A stretch of 64,000 nucleotides of DNA from an uncultured bacterium (lineage in GTDB: Bacteria; Deinococcota; Deinococci; Deinococcales; Trueperaceae). Below, in pieces: positions 56,783-64,000 of the stretch. The notes below the pieces were generated by a model. It ran no database searches. It saw only the letters and a list, made by a program, of their open reading frames with translations, and was not told where the DNA came from. The stretch spans positions 2,076 to 66,075 of the forward strand of contig CAZIBD010000006.1 in NCBI GenBank assembly GCA_964536935.1, written 5' to 3'. The position numbers and the translations under genes are program-made. The first letter of the stretch is position 1; every line of letters starts with the position of its first letter.

Positions 56783-57268
56783 TCAGGGCGCGAAGGCCGC
56801 TCCGACCTCCTCGAGGATCTCGGCGGCCACCCGTTCGACGGCCCGCTCCACCTCGGGCGTGAGCCCCTCTCCGTAGCCGAAGGCGCCGCCCTGGACTCCG
56901 AAGATGACCAGCCGCCCCGGCAACGCGTCGAGCGTGCGCGCCAGCTCCACGACGTTGGACAGCGGCAGGAGGTGGCTCGAGGCGCTCCCGGGAAGCGTGG
57001 TCCCGTCGGCGAGCACATGGCCCCCGGCTGCGGCGCCTGCCTCGATGCGGCGCGTGGTGCCGGGCTCGAGCCCGGCGTCCATGGCATCGACCACGATCGC
57101 GACGTCGGCATGCCGCCACGCCTCGAGCAGGTCGGCCGGCTCGCCGGCATTGATCAGCACGGTGACGCCGGGCCGCGCGGAGCGCGCCACCCGCACCATG
57201 ACGGCGGGGCCGACACCGTCATCGCTCCTCAGCTCGTTCCCCAGCCCCGCCACCACCACCCGCGTCAC
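56783..57268 (-). CDS. [NiFe] hydrogenase maturation endopeptidase (HyaD/HoxW/FrhD family)
   Basis: GTG 57268 overlaps the large-subunit stop (GTGA). VVVAGLGNELRSDDGVGPAV is the family signature GxGNxxxxDDGxG. About 160 aa. Confidence 0.8.
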   Translation of the reverse strand: MTRVVVAGLGNELRSDDGVGPAVMVRVARSARPGVTVLINAGEPADLLEAWRHADVAIVVDAMDAGLEPGTTRRIEAGAAAGGHVLADGTTLPGSASSHLLPLSNVVELARTLDALPGRLVIFGVQGGAFGYGEGLTPEVERAVERVAAEILEEVGAAFAP

Positions 57269-58572
57269 GCTCGACGCTCCACATCCAGCTGGAGGAAATG
57301 CGTGGCGCACGAGATGCACGGATCGTAGTTGCGGATCGCTTGCTCGCACTGCCAGGTGAGGGCCTGGTCGTCGAGATCCAGGTGGGCCTCCACGAAGCGG
57401 GCCAGGTCGTCCTCGACGGCCCGCTGGTTCTGTGACGTGGGCGGGACGATGACCGCATCCTCGATGGTCCCGTCGTCCGCGAGCGTGTACCGGTGATACA
57501 GCAGTCCCCGTGGCGCCTCGCTCCAGCCGCAACCCCGCCCGGCGCGCGGAGCCACCGGGTGGGCGCTCGGACGTGGGGGCCGGTAGCTGCCGATGATCGA
57601 CAGCGCCTCCTCGACCGCATACAGGGTCTCCACCGCGCGCACCACGATGCTCTGGAACGGGTTGCGACAGCTCTCGCCGAGGCCCGCGTCGTGCGCGGCC
57701 TCACGCGCGCGCGACGACAACCGGTCGAAGTTCAGGCTGTAACGCGCCAGCGGTCCGGTCATGTAGGTGCCGCGACCGCGCAGGACGGCATGGAGTGCGT
57801 TGGAGTGCTCCACGTGACTCTCCTCCACGTGGTCCTCGAACTCCGCCGGGCCGATGTCCAGGCCACGGTCGGAGACCATGCGCCCGGCCTCCATGGGGTA
57901 GTCGCGCTCGTGGTGGAGCGCCACGTACTCGTGGTCGTGCTCGAAGTCTGGGAAGGTGAAGCCGCCCACCCATCGGACGGTCTCCTCGGCCGCCTCCAGG
58001 GCCCTCTGGAGCGGCTCCACGAGGGCCTCGAGCTCGGAGCGGCTCGGCGCCCGGTAGAAGCCGCCCACGCGCACGTTCACCGGGTGCACCGCGCGCCCCC
58101 CGACGACGGTCATCAGGTCGTTGCCCGCCTTCTTGAGGGCGAGCCCACGCTGCACGGCGTCGGGGACCACCTTGGCAAGCTCCAGCGCGCTCTCGTAGCC
58201 GAGGAAGTCGGGGGCGTGCAGCAGGTAGATGTGCAGGGCGTGGCTCTGGATCCACTCCCCGCAGTACAGAAGCCGGCGCAACGCGCGCACCGACGTGTCG
58301 ACCTCGACCCCGCAGGCATCCTCGATCGCGTGGACGGCGCTGGTCTGGTACGCCACGGGACAGATGCCACAGATACGCGCCGTGATGTCCGGGGGCTCCG
58401 TGTACGACCGTCCGCGGAGCAACGCCTCGAAGAAGCGGGGCGGCTCGTAGATGTCGAGCGCCACCTCTTCCACCTTGCCCCCGTGGACGCGCACCCGCAT
58501 GGCGCCCTCGCCTTCGACACGCGCCAGCGCTCCGACGCTGATCCTGCGCAGCTCGCGGTCCTCAGAGCTCAT
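57265..58572 (-). CDS. [NiFe] hydrogenase large (alpha) subunit, group 3b-type by context
   Basis: ATG 58572: [23 protein letters not shown].... N-terminal Ni-binding motif [13 protein letters not shown]-terminal motif DPCISCATH followed by the 10-aa cleavable extension [10 protein letters not shown]. Confidence 0.9.
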   Translation of the reverse strand: MSSEDRELRRISVGALARVEGEGAMRVRVHGGKVEEVALDIYEPPRFFEALLRGRSYTEPPDITARICGICPVAYQTSAVHAIEDACGVEVDTSVRALRRLLYCGEWIQSHALHIYLLHAPDFLGYESALELAKVVPDAVQRGLALKKAGNDLMTVVGGRAVHPVNVRVGGFYRAPSRSELEALVEPLQRALEAAEETVRWVGGFTFPDFEHDHEYVALHHERDYPMEAGRMVSDRGLDIGPAEFEDHVEESHVEHSNALHAVLRGRGTYMTGPLARYSLNFDRLSSRAREAAHDAGLGESCRNPFQSIVVRAVETLYAVEEALSIIGSYRPPRPSAHPVAPRAGRGCGWSEAPRGLLYHRYTLADDGTIEDAVIVPPTSQNQRAVEDDLARFVEAHLDLDDQALTWQCEQAIRNYDPCISCATHFLQLDVERRA

Positions 58573-59446
58573 GCTCGCCCCTCCCGCTCGACCCGGGCCT
58601 TGTATCGGCACCTGTGAAGGCTTCGGCGCGACCGAAGGCGGGCGCTGCGGCGTTGAAGGTCCGCAGCGCACGCATCGTGGCGCGCGGATCGACGCCCAGC
58701 TCGTCGCGCCACCAGCGCATCAGGGAGGGTACGTTGGCCGACTCGGCCGGCCCGAAGCAGCCGTAGCAGCCTCGACCGACCGCAGGGCACAGCGCGCCGC
58801 AGCCGGCCTGGGTGACCGGACCGAGGCAGGGCACGCCCCTCCCGACCATCACGCACGGCGTCCCACGGCGCTTGCACTCCTGGCACACGCTCACCGTCGG
58901 GAGGGACGGCCGGCGTCCGTGAAGCAGGGCGCCCACCGCCTCGAGGAGCTGTTCCTTGGCGATCGGGCAACCTCGCAGCTCGAGGTCGACCTTGACGTGC
59001 TCCGAGAGGGGCGTGGCCGTCGGCAGGACGTCGAGGTAGTCGGGGTGGGCGTAGACGGCCCGGGCGTAGGCGTCGACGTCGGCGTAGTTGCGCAGCGACT
59101 GGATCCCTCCCGCGGTGGCGCAGGCGCCGATCGCGATCAGGAACCCCGACTCTCGCCGGATCCGCTCGATGCGCTCGGCCTCCTCGGGCGTGGTGATCGA
59201 GCCCTCGACCAGCGAGATGTCGTACGGGCCCTCGACGACGGCGCTCGAAGCCTCCAGGAAGTAGGCGACCTCCAGGCGGTCCGCGAGCGTCAGCAGCTCC
59301 TCCTCGCACGCCAGCAGCGTGAGCTGGCAACCGTCGCAGGAGCTGAACTTCCACACCGCAAGGCGCGGGCGCCGCCGCACGGTTTCGCCGTGCCCGTCCG
59401 TGCGCTCGCCGCGGCCGCTGTCGGCACCGTGCCGGAACGTGGTCAC
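58562..59446 (-). CDS. [NiFe] hydrogenase small (delta) subunit, NuoB-like Fe-S protein
   Basis: [36 protein letters not shown], and distal cluster Cys residues [11 protein letters not shown]...[17 protein letters not shown]. Overlaps the large-subunit start by 11 nt. Confidence 0.85.
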   Translation of the reverse strand: MTTFRHGADSGRGERTDGHGETVRRRPRLAVWKFSSCDGCQLTLLACEEELLTLADRLEVAYFLEASSAVVEGPYDISLVEGSITTPEEAERIERIRRESGFLIAIGACATAGGIQSLRNYADVDAYARAVYAHPDYLDVLPTATPLSEHVKVDLELRGCPIAKEQLLEAVGALLHGRRPSLPTVSVCQECKRRGTPCVMVGRGVPCLGPVTQAGCGALCPAVGRGCYGCFGPAESANVPSLMRWWRDELGVDPRATMRALRTFNAAAPAFGRAEAFTGADTRPGSSGRGEHEL

Positions 59447-59454
59447 CTCCTACC

Positions 59455-60330
59455 TCACCTCTCCGCCACCTGCAGCAGCCCCTTCACGTCTGTGAAGGGA
59501 TAGACGGGACCGTCACGGCACACGAAGCTCGGCCCGAGCTGGCAGTGGCCGCACAGCCCGATGCCGCACTTCATGTTGCGTTCCAGCGAGGCGTAGATCT
59601 GCTGCTCGGGAACACCCTTCTTGACCAGGCCCAGCGCCGCGAAGCGCATCATCAGCTCCGGACCGCACACCATCGCGACGGCATCGGCGGCGTCGACGGG
59701 GGCCCGAGCGATGAGGGTCGTCACGAAGCCGACCGACCCTCGCCAGCTCTCGGTGGCGCGATCGACCGTGATCGCGACGTCGAGGTCGAGCCGGGAGCGC
59801 CAGCGACGGAGCTCATCGATGAACACCATCTCCTCGGGACTCCGTGCGCCGTACAGCAGCGCCACTCGACCGAAACGGTCGCGCTGTGCCAGCACCTGGT
59901 ACAGGACCGGGCGCAGCGGGGGCAGCCCGATGCCGCCCGCGATGATGATCAGATCGTGCCCGGCGGCCGCGTCGACCGGCCAGCCGGTGCCGTAGGGCCC
60001 ACGCACGCCTACCGCGTCGCCGGGCCGGAGCTCGCTCAGGAGGCGGGTGACGGCACCCACGGTCCGCACGGTGTGGATGAGGCGCTCGCCGTCGGCGGGA
60101 TCGCCGCTAATCGAGATCGGCACCTCGCCGGCCCCGAAGGCGTAGAGCATGTTGAACTGGCCCGGCCGGAACGCCGGCGCCCCGCTCGGCTCGCTCCCGT
60201 CACCCAGAGCCGGCCGCAGCTCGACGCTGAAGGTGTCGGCGGTCTCGTCCCAGCGGCGCACGACCACGAACGGGCGGGGGCGCATCGGTCCGGCCGCAAG
60301 CGTGCCGTGGCTCTCAGAGGGGCTGTCCAT
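59455..60330 (-). CDS. Hydrogenase gamma subunit: FNR-like FAD/NAD(P)-binding oxidoreductase with a C-terminal [2Fe-2S] site
   Basis: FRPGQFNMLY, HTVRTVGAVT, IIAGGIGLPPLRPV, and C-terminal MKCGIGLCGHCQLG. The same architecture as sulfhydrogenase/HyhG gamma subunits. Confidence 0.85.
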   Translation of the reverse strand: MDSPSESHGTLAAGPMRPRPFVVVRRWDETADTFSVELRPALGDGSEPSGAPAFRPGQFNMLYAFGAGEVPISISGDPADGERLIHTVRTVGAVTRLLSELRPGDAVGVRGPYGTGWPVDAAAGHDLIIIAGGIGLPPLRPVLYQVLAQRDRFGRVALLYGARSPEEMVFIDELRRWRSRLDLDVAITVDRATESWRGSVGFVTTLIARAPVDAADAVAMVCGPELMMRFAALGLVKKGVPEQQIYASLERNMKCGIGLCGHCQLGPSFVCRDGPVYPFTDVKGLLQVAER

Positions 60331-60775
60331 ACAGATCCAGGAGTTGCAGGCGCGTCGCCTGCAGGCGGGCGGCGACGATGCCCGCGAAGCGCTTCATGAG
60401 CTCGTAGCCCAGGGGCGGATCGTCGTCGCACTTGTCCCGCAGACAGGTCCCGTCGAAGGCGGTCGCCCGCACGTCGGTCAGGGCGCGCGCGTCGAACTGC
60501 CAGGTGTACGGCGGGAAGAGCCACGACCACCCCAGGACCTCGCCGTCGCCCAGCGTCTCGAGGCGCCTGGCCGGGCCACCCGGGTAACGGATCTCGATGC
60601 TGATCGTACCGGCCCGCAGGACGAAGAAGCGATCGGCCGGCTCGCCGAACTTGAAGACGGTGTCGCCGGCCTTGAAGTGGACGTTCCAGCCACAACCCGC
60701 GATGAACTCGAGCTGATCGTGGTCGAGGCCTGCAAACACCGGGCTGGCGCTGAGTAGCGCCACCATGTCACGCAT
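60314..60775 (-). CDS. Stand-alone cyclic-nucleotide-binding-like (cNMP/CAP effector fold) protein, 153 aa, no output domain
   Basis: ATG 60775 overlaps the beta-subunit stop (ATGA), and the 3' end overlaps the gamma start by 17 nt. [51 protein letters not shown]...[12 protein letters not shown]....[15 protein letters not shown] follows the cNMP-binding beta-barrel pattern. Confidence 0.75.
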   Translation of the reverse strand: MRDMVALLSASPVFAGLDHDQLEFIAGCGWNVHFKAGDTVFKFGEPADRFFVLRAGTISIEIRYPGGPARRLETLGDGEVLGWSWLFPPYTWQFDARALTDVRATAFDGTCLRDKCDDDPPLGYELMKRFAGIVAARLQATRLQLLDLYGQPL

Positions 60776-61959
60776 CACCGCTTCCGCCCCCTTCTGGCGG
60801 GCCCGCGGTGCGGCCTTACCTCTGCGGCCTCGTGTTGCTGCGTGATCGCCACCGCAGCCTCCTCGGTGATGTCGATTCCCACCGGGCACCAGGCGATGCA
60901 GCGGCCGCAGCCGACGCACCCCGCCTCTCCGAACTGATCGAACCAGCTGCTGAGCTTGTGGGTCAGCCACTGGCGGTAGCGAGCAGCGACGCTCTGCCGC
61001 ACGCTACCGCCGTGGAGGTAGCTGAATTCAAGGCCGAAGCAGGAGTCCCAGCTTCGCCGCCGCTCCGCGACCCGCCCCTCCAGATCGGTCGTGTCCTCGA
61101 CCGTCGTGCAGAAGCATGTCGGGCACACCAGGGTGCAGTTGGCGCAAGCCAGGCAACGCTCGGCCACATCCTCCCAGAGCCGCAGCTCTGCGCCCTCCGC
61201 CAGGGCCCGTCGGGCGGCATGCACCTCCAGCTTGCGCCCCATGTTGCGCGCTGCTGCTTCGACCGCGGCCGCCCGCTCCGCCTGCTCGTCGTCCGTGGCC
61301 TCCCGGCCGCCCAGCCCGGCAAGGAGCTCCGCCCCTCGGTCGCTACCGGCGCGCGCGAGGAACCCGTGCCGCGTGTCGTCGACGAGCTCGGTCAGCACCA
61401 CGTCGTAGCCCGATTCGACGCCGGGCCCCGTACCCATGGAGGCACAGAAGCAGGTGGCACCTGGACGGGTGCACTCCACCGCGACGAGGAACGCCCCCCG
61501 ACGCCGTGCCACGTAGCCGGCATCGACGTGCGGGCCTCCCGATAGGACGCGATCCTGCACGCCGATGGCGGCCAGATCGCAGGGGCGCACGCCGAGCAGG
61601 GCCAGCGGGGTCTTCGGCGGAGGCGGCGGCTGCAGCTTCAGCCCGTCGGTTCGGTCACGACGGGCACGGAACAGCAGTGCCTCCGAAGGGTGCAGGAAGC
61701 GCTTCCAGCTGTGCGCGCCCACCCGGAAGCCGAACCGCTCGGCGGCGCCCGTCGTCCCCTCGGAGGTGGACTCGAGCCGATAGCGACCGGGCGAGGCCCG
61801 GTCGCTCCAGCCGCGCGGCAAGGCCTCCCCCGGAGCAATGTCACCGAGGAGCAGCTCGCCATCCTCGACGCGCGGACCGACCACGCGGTAGCCACGCTGC
61901 GTCAAGCCCGCGGCCAGATCCTCCGGCGCGCTGGCACCGAGCCAGCGTGCTTCGGTCAT
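60775..61959 (-). CDS. Hydrogenase beta subunit: 4Fe-4S dicluster protein
   Basis: 394 aa. [16 protein letters not shown] and [17 protein letters not shown]. The N-terminal ~230 aa resemble the sulfhydrogenase beta / HyhB-type domain. The start overlaps the flavodoxin-like gene's stop (ATGA). Confidence 0.8.
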   Translation of the reverse strand: MTEARWLGASAPEDLAAGLTQRGYRVVGPRVEDGELLLGDIAPGEALPRGWSDRASPGRYRLESTSEGTTGAAERFGFRVGAHSWKRFLHPSEALLFRARRDRTDGLKLQPPPPPKTPLALLGVRPCDLAAIGVQDRVLSGGPHVDAGYVARRRGAFLVAVECTRPGATCFCASMGTGPGVESGYDVVLTELVDDTRHGFLARAGSDRGAELLAGLGGREATDDEQAERAAAVEAAARNMGRKLEVHAARRALAEGAELRLWEDVAERCLACANCTLVCPTCFCTTVEDTTDLEGRVAERRRSWDSCFGLEFSYLHGGSVRQSVAARYRQWLTHKLSSWFDQFGEAGCVGCGRCIAWCPVGIDITEEAAVAITQQHEAAEVRPHRGPARRGRKR

Positions 61960-62528
61960 CAGGCGCCCCCTCCACCTCGCGCCGCGAACGCCAGCCGATC
62001 GGACACGAACCCGTCCACGAAGGCGTCCAGGGCTTCCCAGTCGGTAAACTCGGCATCCTCGCCGCGAACGACGTCGGGACCGAGGCTCCGCTCGAGAAGC
62101 CCGAGCAGGAGGCGCTTGAAGAAGTCGTAGCGGGCGTACTTCAACGCGCCGGCCAGCCGCAGGGTGTGGCTGGGTCGCCAGCCGGTGGCGTCGAGGAGCT
62201 GCTCCACGTAGGCGCTGGCTTCATCCTGGTACGCCTCCTCCGGCAACGCCGCGGTCAGACTCACGGACACGAACGCGCTCGGAACGCTCTCGAGCAGGCG
62301 AAGGTTGTCGTGGATGAAGTGGATGACCGACGACTGGTGTCGACCGTGGTGGACGGACGCCAGCACGATCAGGCCCGCCACTCCGCCGGGCTCGAGCGGG
62401 CGATCCAGGCTGGTGGCGTCGTTCAGACGCACCTCCCAGCCGTGCCCGCGCAGACGTTCCGCCACACGCTGGGCCACGCGGCGCGTGTGCCCCTCGGTGG
62501 TTCCGTAGACGACGACGATGCTCGCCAC
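61959..62528 (-). CDS. Flavodoxin-like protein (HemG / Flavodoxin_5-like)
   Basis: GTG 62528 with GGGAGG 5 nt upstream. MASIVVVYGTTEGHTRRVAQRVAERL (flavodoxin FMN phosphate loop T-x-G-x-T), VLASVHHGRH and YARYDFFKRLL are typical of the HemG-type long flavodoxin-like family. First gene of the hydrogenase operon. Confidence 0.75.
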   Translation of the reverse strand: MASIVVVYGTTEGHTRRVAQRVAERLRGHGWEVRLNDATSLDRPLEPGGVAGLIVLASVHHGRHQSSVIHFIHDNLRLLESVPSAFVSVSLTAALPEEAYQDEASAYVEQLLDATGWRPSHTLRLAGALKYARYDFFKRLLLGLLERSLGPDVVRGEDAEFTDWEALDAFVDGFVSDRLAFAARGGGGA

Positions 62529-62700
62529 CCGGGCCTCCCAAATGCTGCCGGCCGCTCCACGCCCGTGAACCCACGCTACGAGCCCTCTCCTCTGTCAGAC
62601 ACGGCGATTCCTTGACAACCGATGTGGGACTTTTTCTGACCGTCACCACGCCTTGGCCCCGCTCTCACCGAGGGCACCGCCGCTCCTGGTAGAAGGGGCC

Positions 62701-63858
62701 ATGCGCCGCTCGCTCCAGCTCCTGGCGATCTTCCTCGTGCTCGCCTCGGCCTACGCCGCCCAGCCCTTCACCGTGGGCGTGATCGTCGCCAAGGAGGGCT
62801 CCGCCCGCGTGGCCGGCGACGCCGAGTCGCTGGCAGCCATCGCCTACGCCTCGCGCATTCGCGCGGCAGGCGGCATCTTCGGCACGCCGATGGACGTGCG
62901 CGTCGAGGACGATGCGGGCGATCCCAGCCAGGCGCTGGCCGCCGCCCGGGCGCTCATCGGCGACGGCGTCGACGCTCTCGTGTGCTGCACCACCGAAGCG
63001 GCTTCCGAGCAGGTGGCCGGGCTCGCCGAGCACGCGGGCGTGGCGCTGCTCTCGCCATCGACGTTGGAGGGCGTCGACGCAACCCCCTACTGGAGCTTCT
63101 CGCTGGCCCCACGTGACAAGGACGTGCTGGCGGCGATCGTCGCCGACGCGAGCGCCCGCGGCCTCAAGAGCCTCGCCTTGATGACGCTCGACAACGGTTT
63201 TGGCGACCAGGCGAACGCCGACCTGAAGGCGCTGCTCTCTGTCGCGGGGCTCGACGAGGCCGGTGTGGCCCGCTACCCGCCGGGCGCCGACGATCTCACG
63301 CCCGAGGGCTTGTGGATCGCCACCCGCCAGCCCGGCGCGGTGGTGGTCTGGGGGCTCAAGTCCGACCTGCTGGTGGCCGTGGACGGCCTTCGCCGGCGTG
63401 GCTTCCGAGGCCCCATCTATGGCCGAAGCGCCCTGCTGAAGCCGGTCATGGGCGGGATCGACCTCTCGCAGCTCGAAGGCGTCCGCTTCGCCGTGGCGCC
63501 GGTCACGATCGCTCGGCGGGGCCTGCCTGCCGATGCTCGCTGCGCCGCGGCTGCCGACACCGCCGCACGCCGGTTGCAGTCGGTCTACGGCGGGGTCATC
63601 GATCTCGGCCCTGCCGCCCCGGTGTACGACGCCCTCGACCTGCTGCGCGCGGCCTTCGTGCAGGTCGCCGCGCTCCGGCTTCCACAAGGGAATCTCGGCG
63701 CCCGGCGCCAGGCCGTTCGCGACTCGCTGGTGGGCCTGCACCAGACCTGCGGCGCCGGCGGACTGTACGACCTGCGCGAAGGCCACCGCGACGCGGTGCT
63801 CCCGGCGGGGCTGGCGATCGCCGTGGTGAAGGACGGGCAGCTGGTGGCCGCGCCCTGA
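62701..63858 (+). CDS. Periplasmic/extracytoplasmic solute-binding protein, LivJ/Peripla_BP_6-like (amino acid or amide type)
   Basis: ATG 62701. Signal peptide MRRSLQLLAIFLVLASAYAAQ. FTVGVIVAKEGSARVAGD....IRAAGGIFG.PMDVRVEDDAGDPSQALAAARALIGDGVDALV matches the type-I PBP cluster-4 pattern. No permease or ATPase genes are adjacent in the window. Confidence 0.75.
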   Translation: MRRSLQLLAIFLVLASAYAAQPFTVGVIVAKEGSARVAGDAESLAAIAYASRIRAAGGIFGTPMDVRVEDDAGDPSQALAAARALIGDGVDALVCCTTEAASEQVAGLAEHAGVALLSPSTLEGVDATPYWSFSLAPRDKDVLAAIVADASARGLKSLALMTLDNGFGDQANADLKALLSVAGLDEAGVARYPPGADDLTPEGLWIATRQPGAVVVWGLKSDLLVAVDGLRRRGFRGPIYGRSALLKPVMGGIDLSQLEGVRFAVAPVTIARRGLPADARCAAAADTAARRLQSVYGGVIDLGPAAPVYDALDLLRAAFVQVAALRLPQGNLGARRQAVRDSLVGLHQTCGAGGLYDLREGHRDAVLPAGLAIAVVKDGQLVAAP

Positions 63859-63945
63859 GCGAGCCCCGCACGAGGTCCGGCCGGGCCTTTGCGAGGACCC
63901 ACGCAGCGACCGGAACGCGCAATCGCCCGCGGTACACTGGGCGCA

Positions 63946-64000
63946 ATGATCGAGAAGCTGAACACCCTCACGGACGAGTTCGAGGCGCTCGAACGAAGTC
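63946..64000 (+). CDS. prfA: Probable peptide chain release factor 1, first 18 codons only
   Basis: MIEKLNTLTDEFEALERS resembles the RF1 N-terminus pattern (M..KL......(R)(Y/F)EEL). Too short to be sure. Confidence 0.35.
   Translation, partial: MIEKLNTLTDEFEALERS

Noticed and set aside
62529-62700. TTGACA at about 62613 and the small palindrome TGTCAGACA in the divergent region between the hydrogenase operon and the binding-protein gene, considered as promoter and CRP/FNR-type operator.
   Set aside because: No acceptable -10 lies at the right spacing on either strand. The palindrome is only 4+4 nt and does not match the FNR or CRP half-sites. The evidence is too weak to report as a feature.
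62701-63858. An orphan LivJ-type binding protein as part of a novel transporter.
   Set aside because: Solute-binding proteins encoded away from their permeases are common. The window ends 140 nt later, so the context cannot be judged.

Overview
This is a very GC-rich bacterial chromosomal segment with dense coding on both strands. Many same-strand neighbours are translationally coupled through ATGA or GTGA overlaps. All calls come from reading the translated ORFs and the DNA by eye. No homology search, tRNA scanner or folding program was run.

Content from left to right:
- Housekeeping RNA-metabolism block: ribF 3' end, an rlmB-like methyltransferase, an S9 peptidase, yjbQ, rpsO, pnp and RNase J.
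- A NUDIX hydrolase and tRNA-Pro(GGG).
- A 4.8 kb two-gene cassette (XRE-HTH/AAA/TPR STAND-type regulator plus a polytopic membrane protein), bracketed by an imperfect ~55 bp direct repeat of the tRNA-Pro downstream flank.
- Three hydrolase/peptidase genes (S33-like, M24, S8/S53).
- An OmpR/kinase pair whose regulator carries one in-frame TAG, followed by a MacAB-like efflux module.
- A NarL/GAF-kinase pair next to a membrane polyferredoxin plus an AegA/GltD-like Fe-S flavoprotein.
- An M16 peptidase preceded by a thioredoxin-fusion protein.
- Monomeric isocitrate dehydrogenase, hutU-hutI-hutG, Lhr helicase and a SARP/AAA/TPR regulator.
- An FTR1 iron permease with a hydantoinase-like gene, then tRNA-Arg(CCU) and a CBS protein.
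- A seven-gene group-3b-type [NiFe] hydrogenase operon containing a cNMP-binding-like protein and a flavodoxin-like protein.
- A LivJ-type binding protein and the first codons of a probable prfA.

I saw no CRISPR array, integrase, transposase, rRNA or obvious phage genes. The long antisense and out-of-frame ORFs in the track are GC-driven shadow ORFs.

The best candidates for something new are:
- the membrane polyferredoxin plus AegA-like redox module and its adjacent GAF-kinase/NarL pair;
- the elaborated hydrogenase operon;
- the repeat-bracketed cassette at tRNA-Pro;
- the amber-interrupted response regulator.

None of these can be assigned a function from sequence alone.
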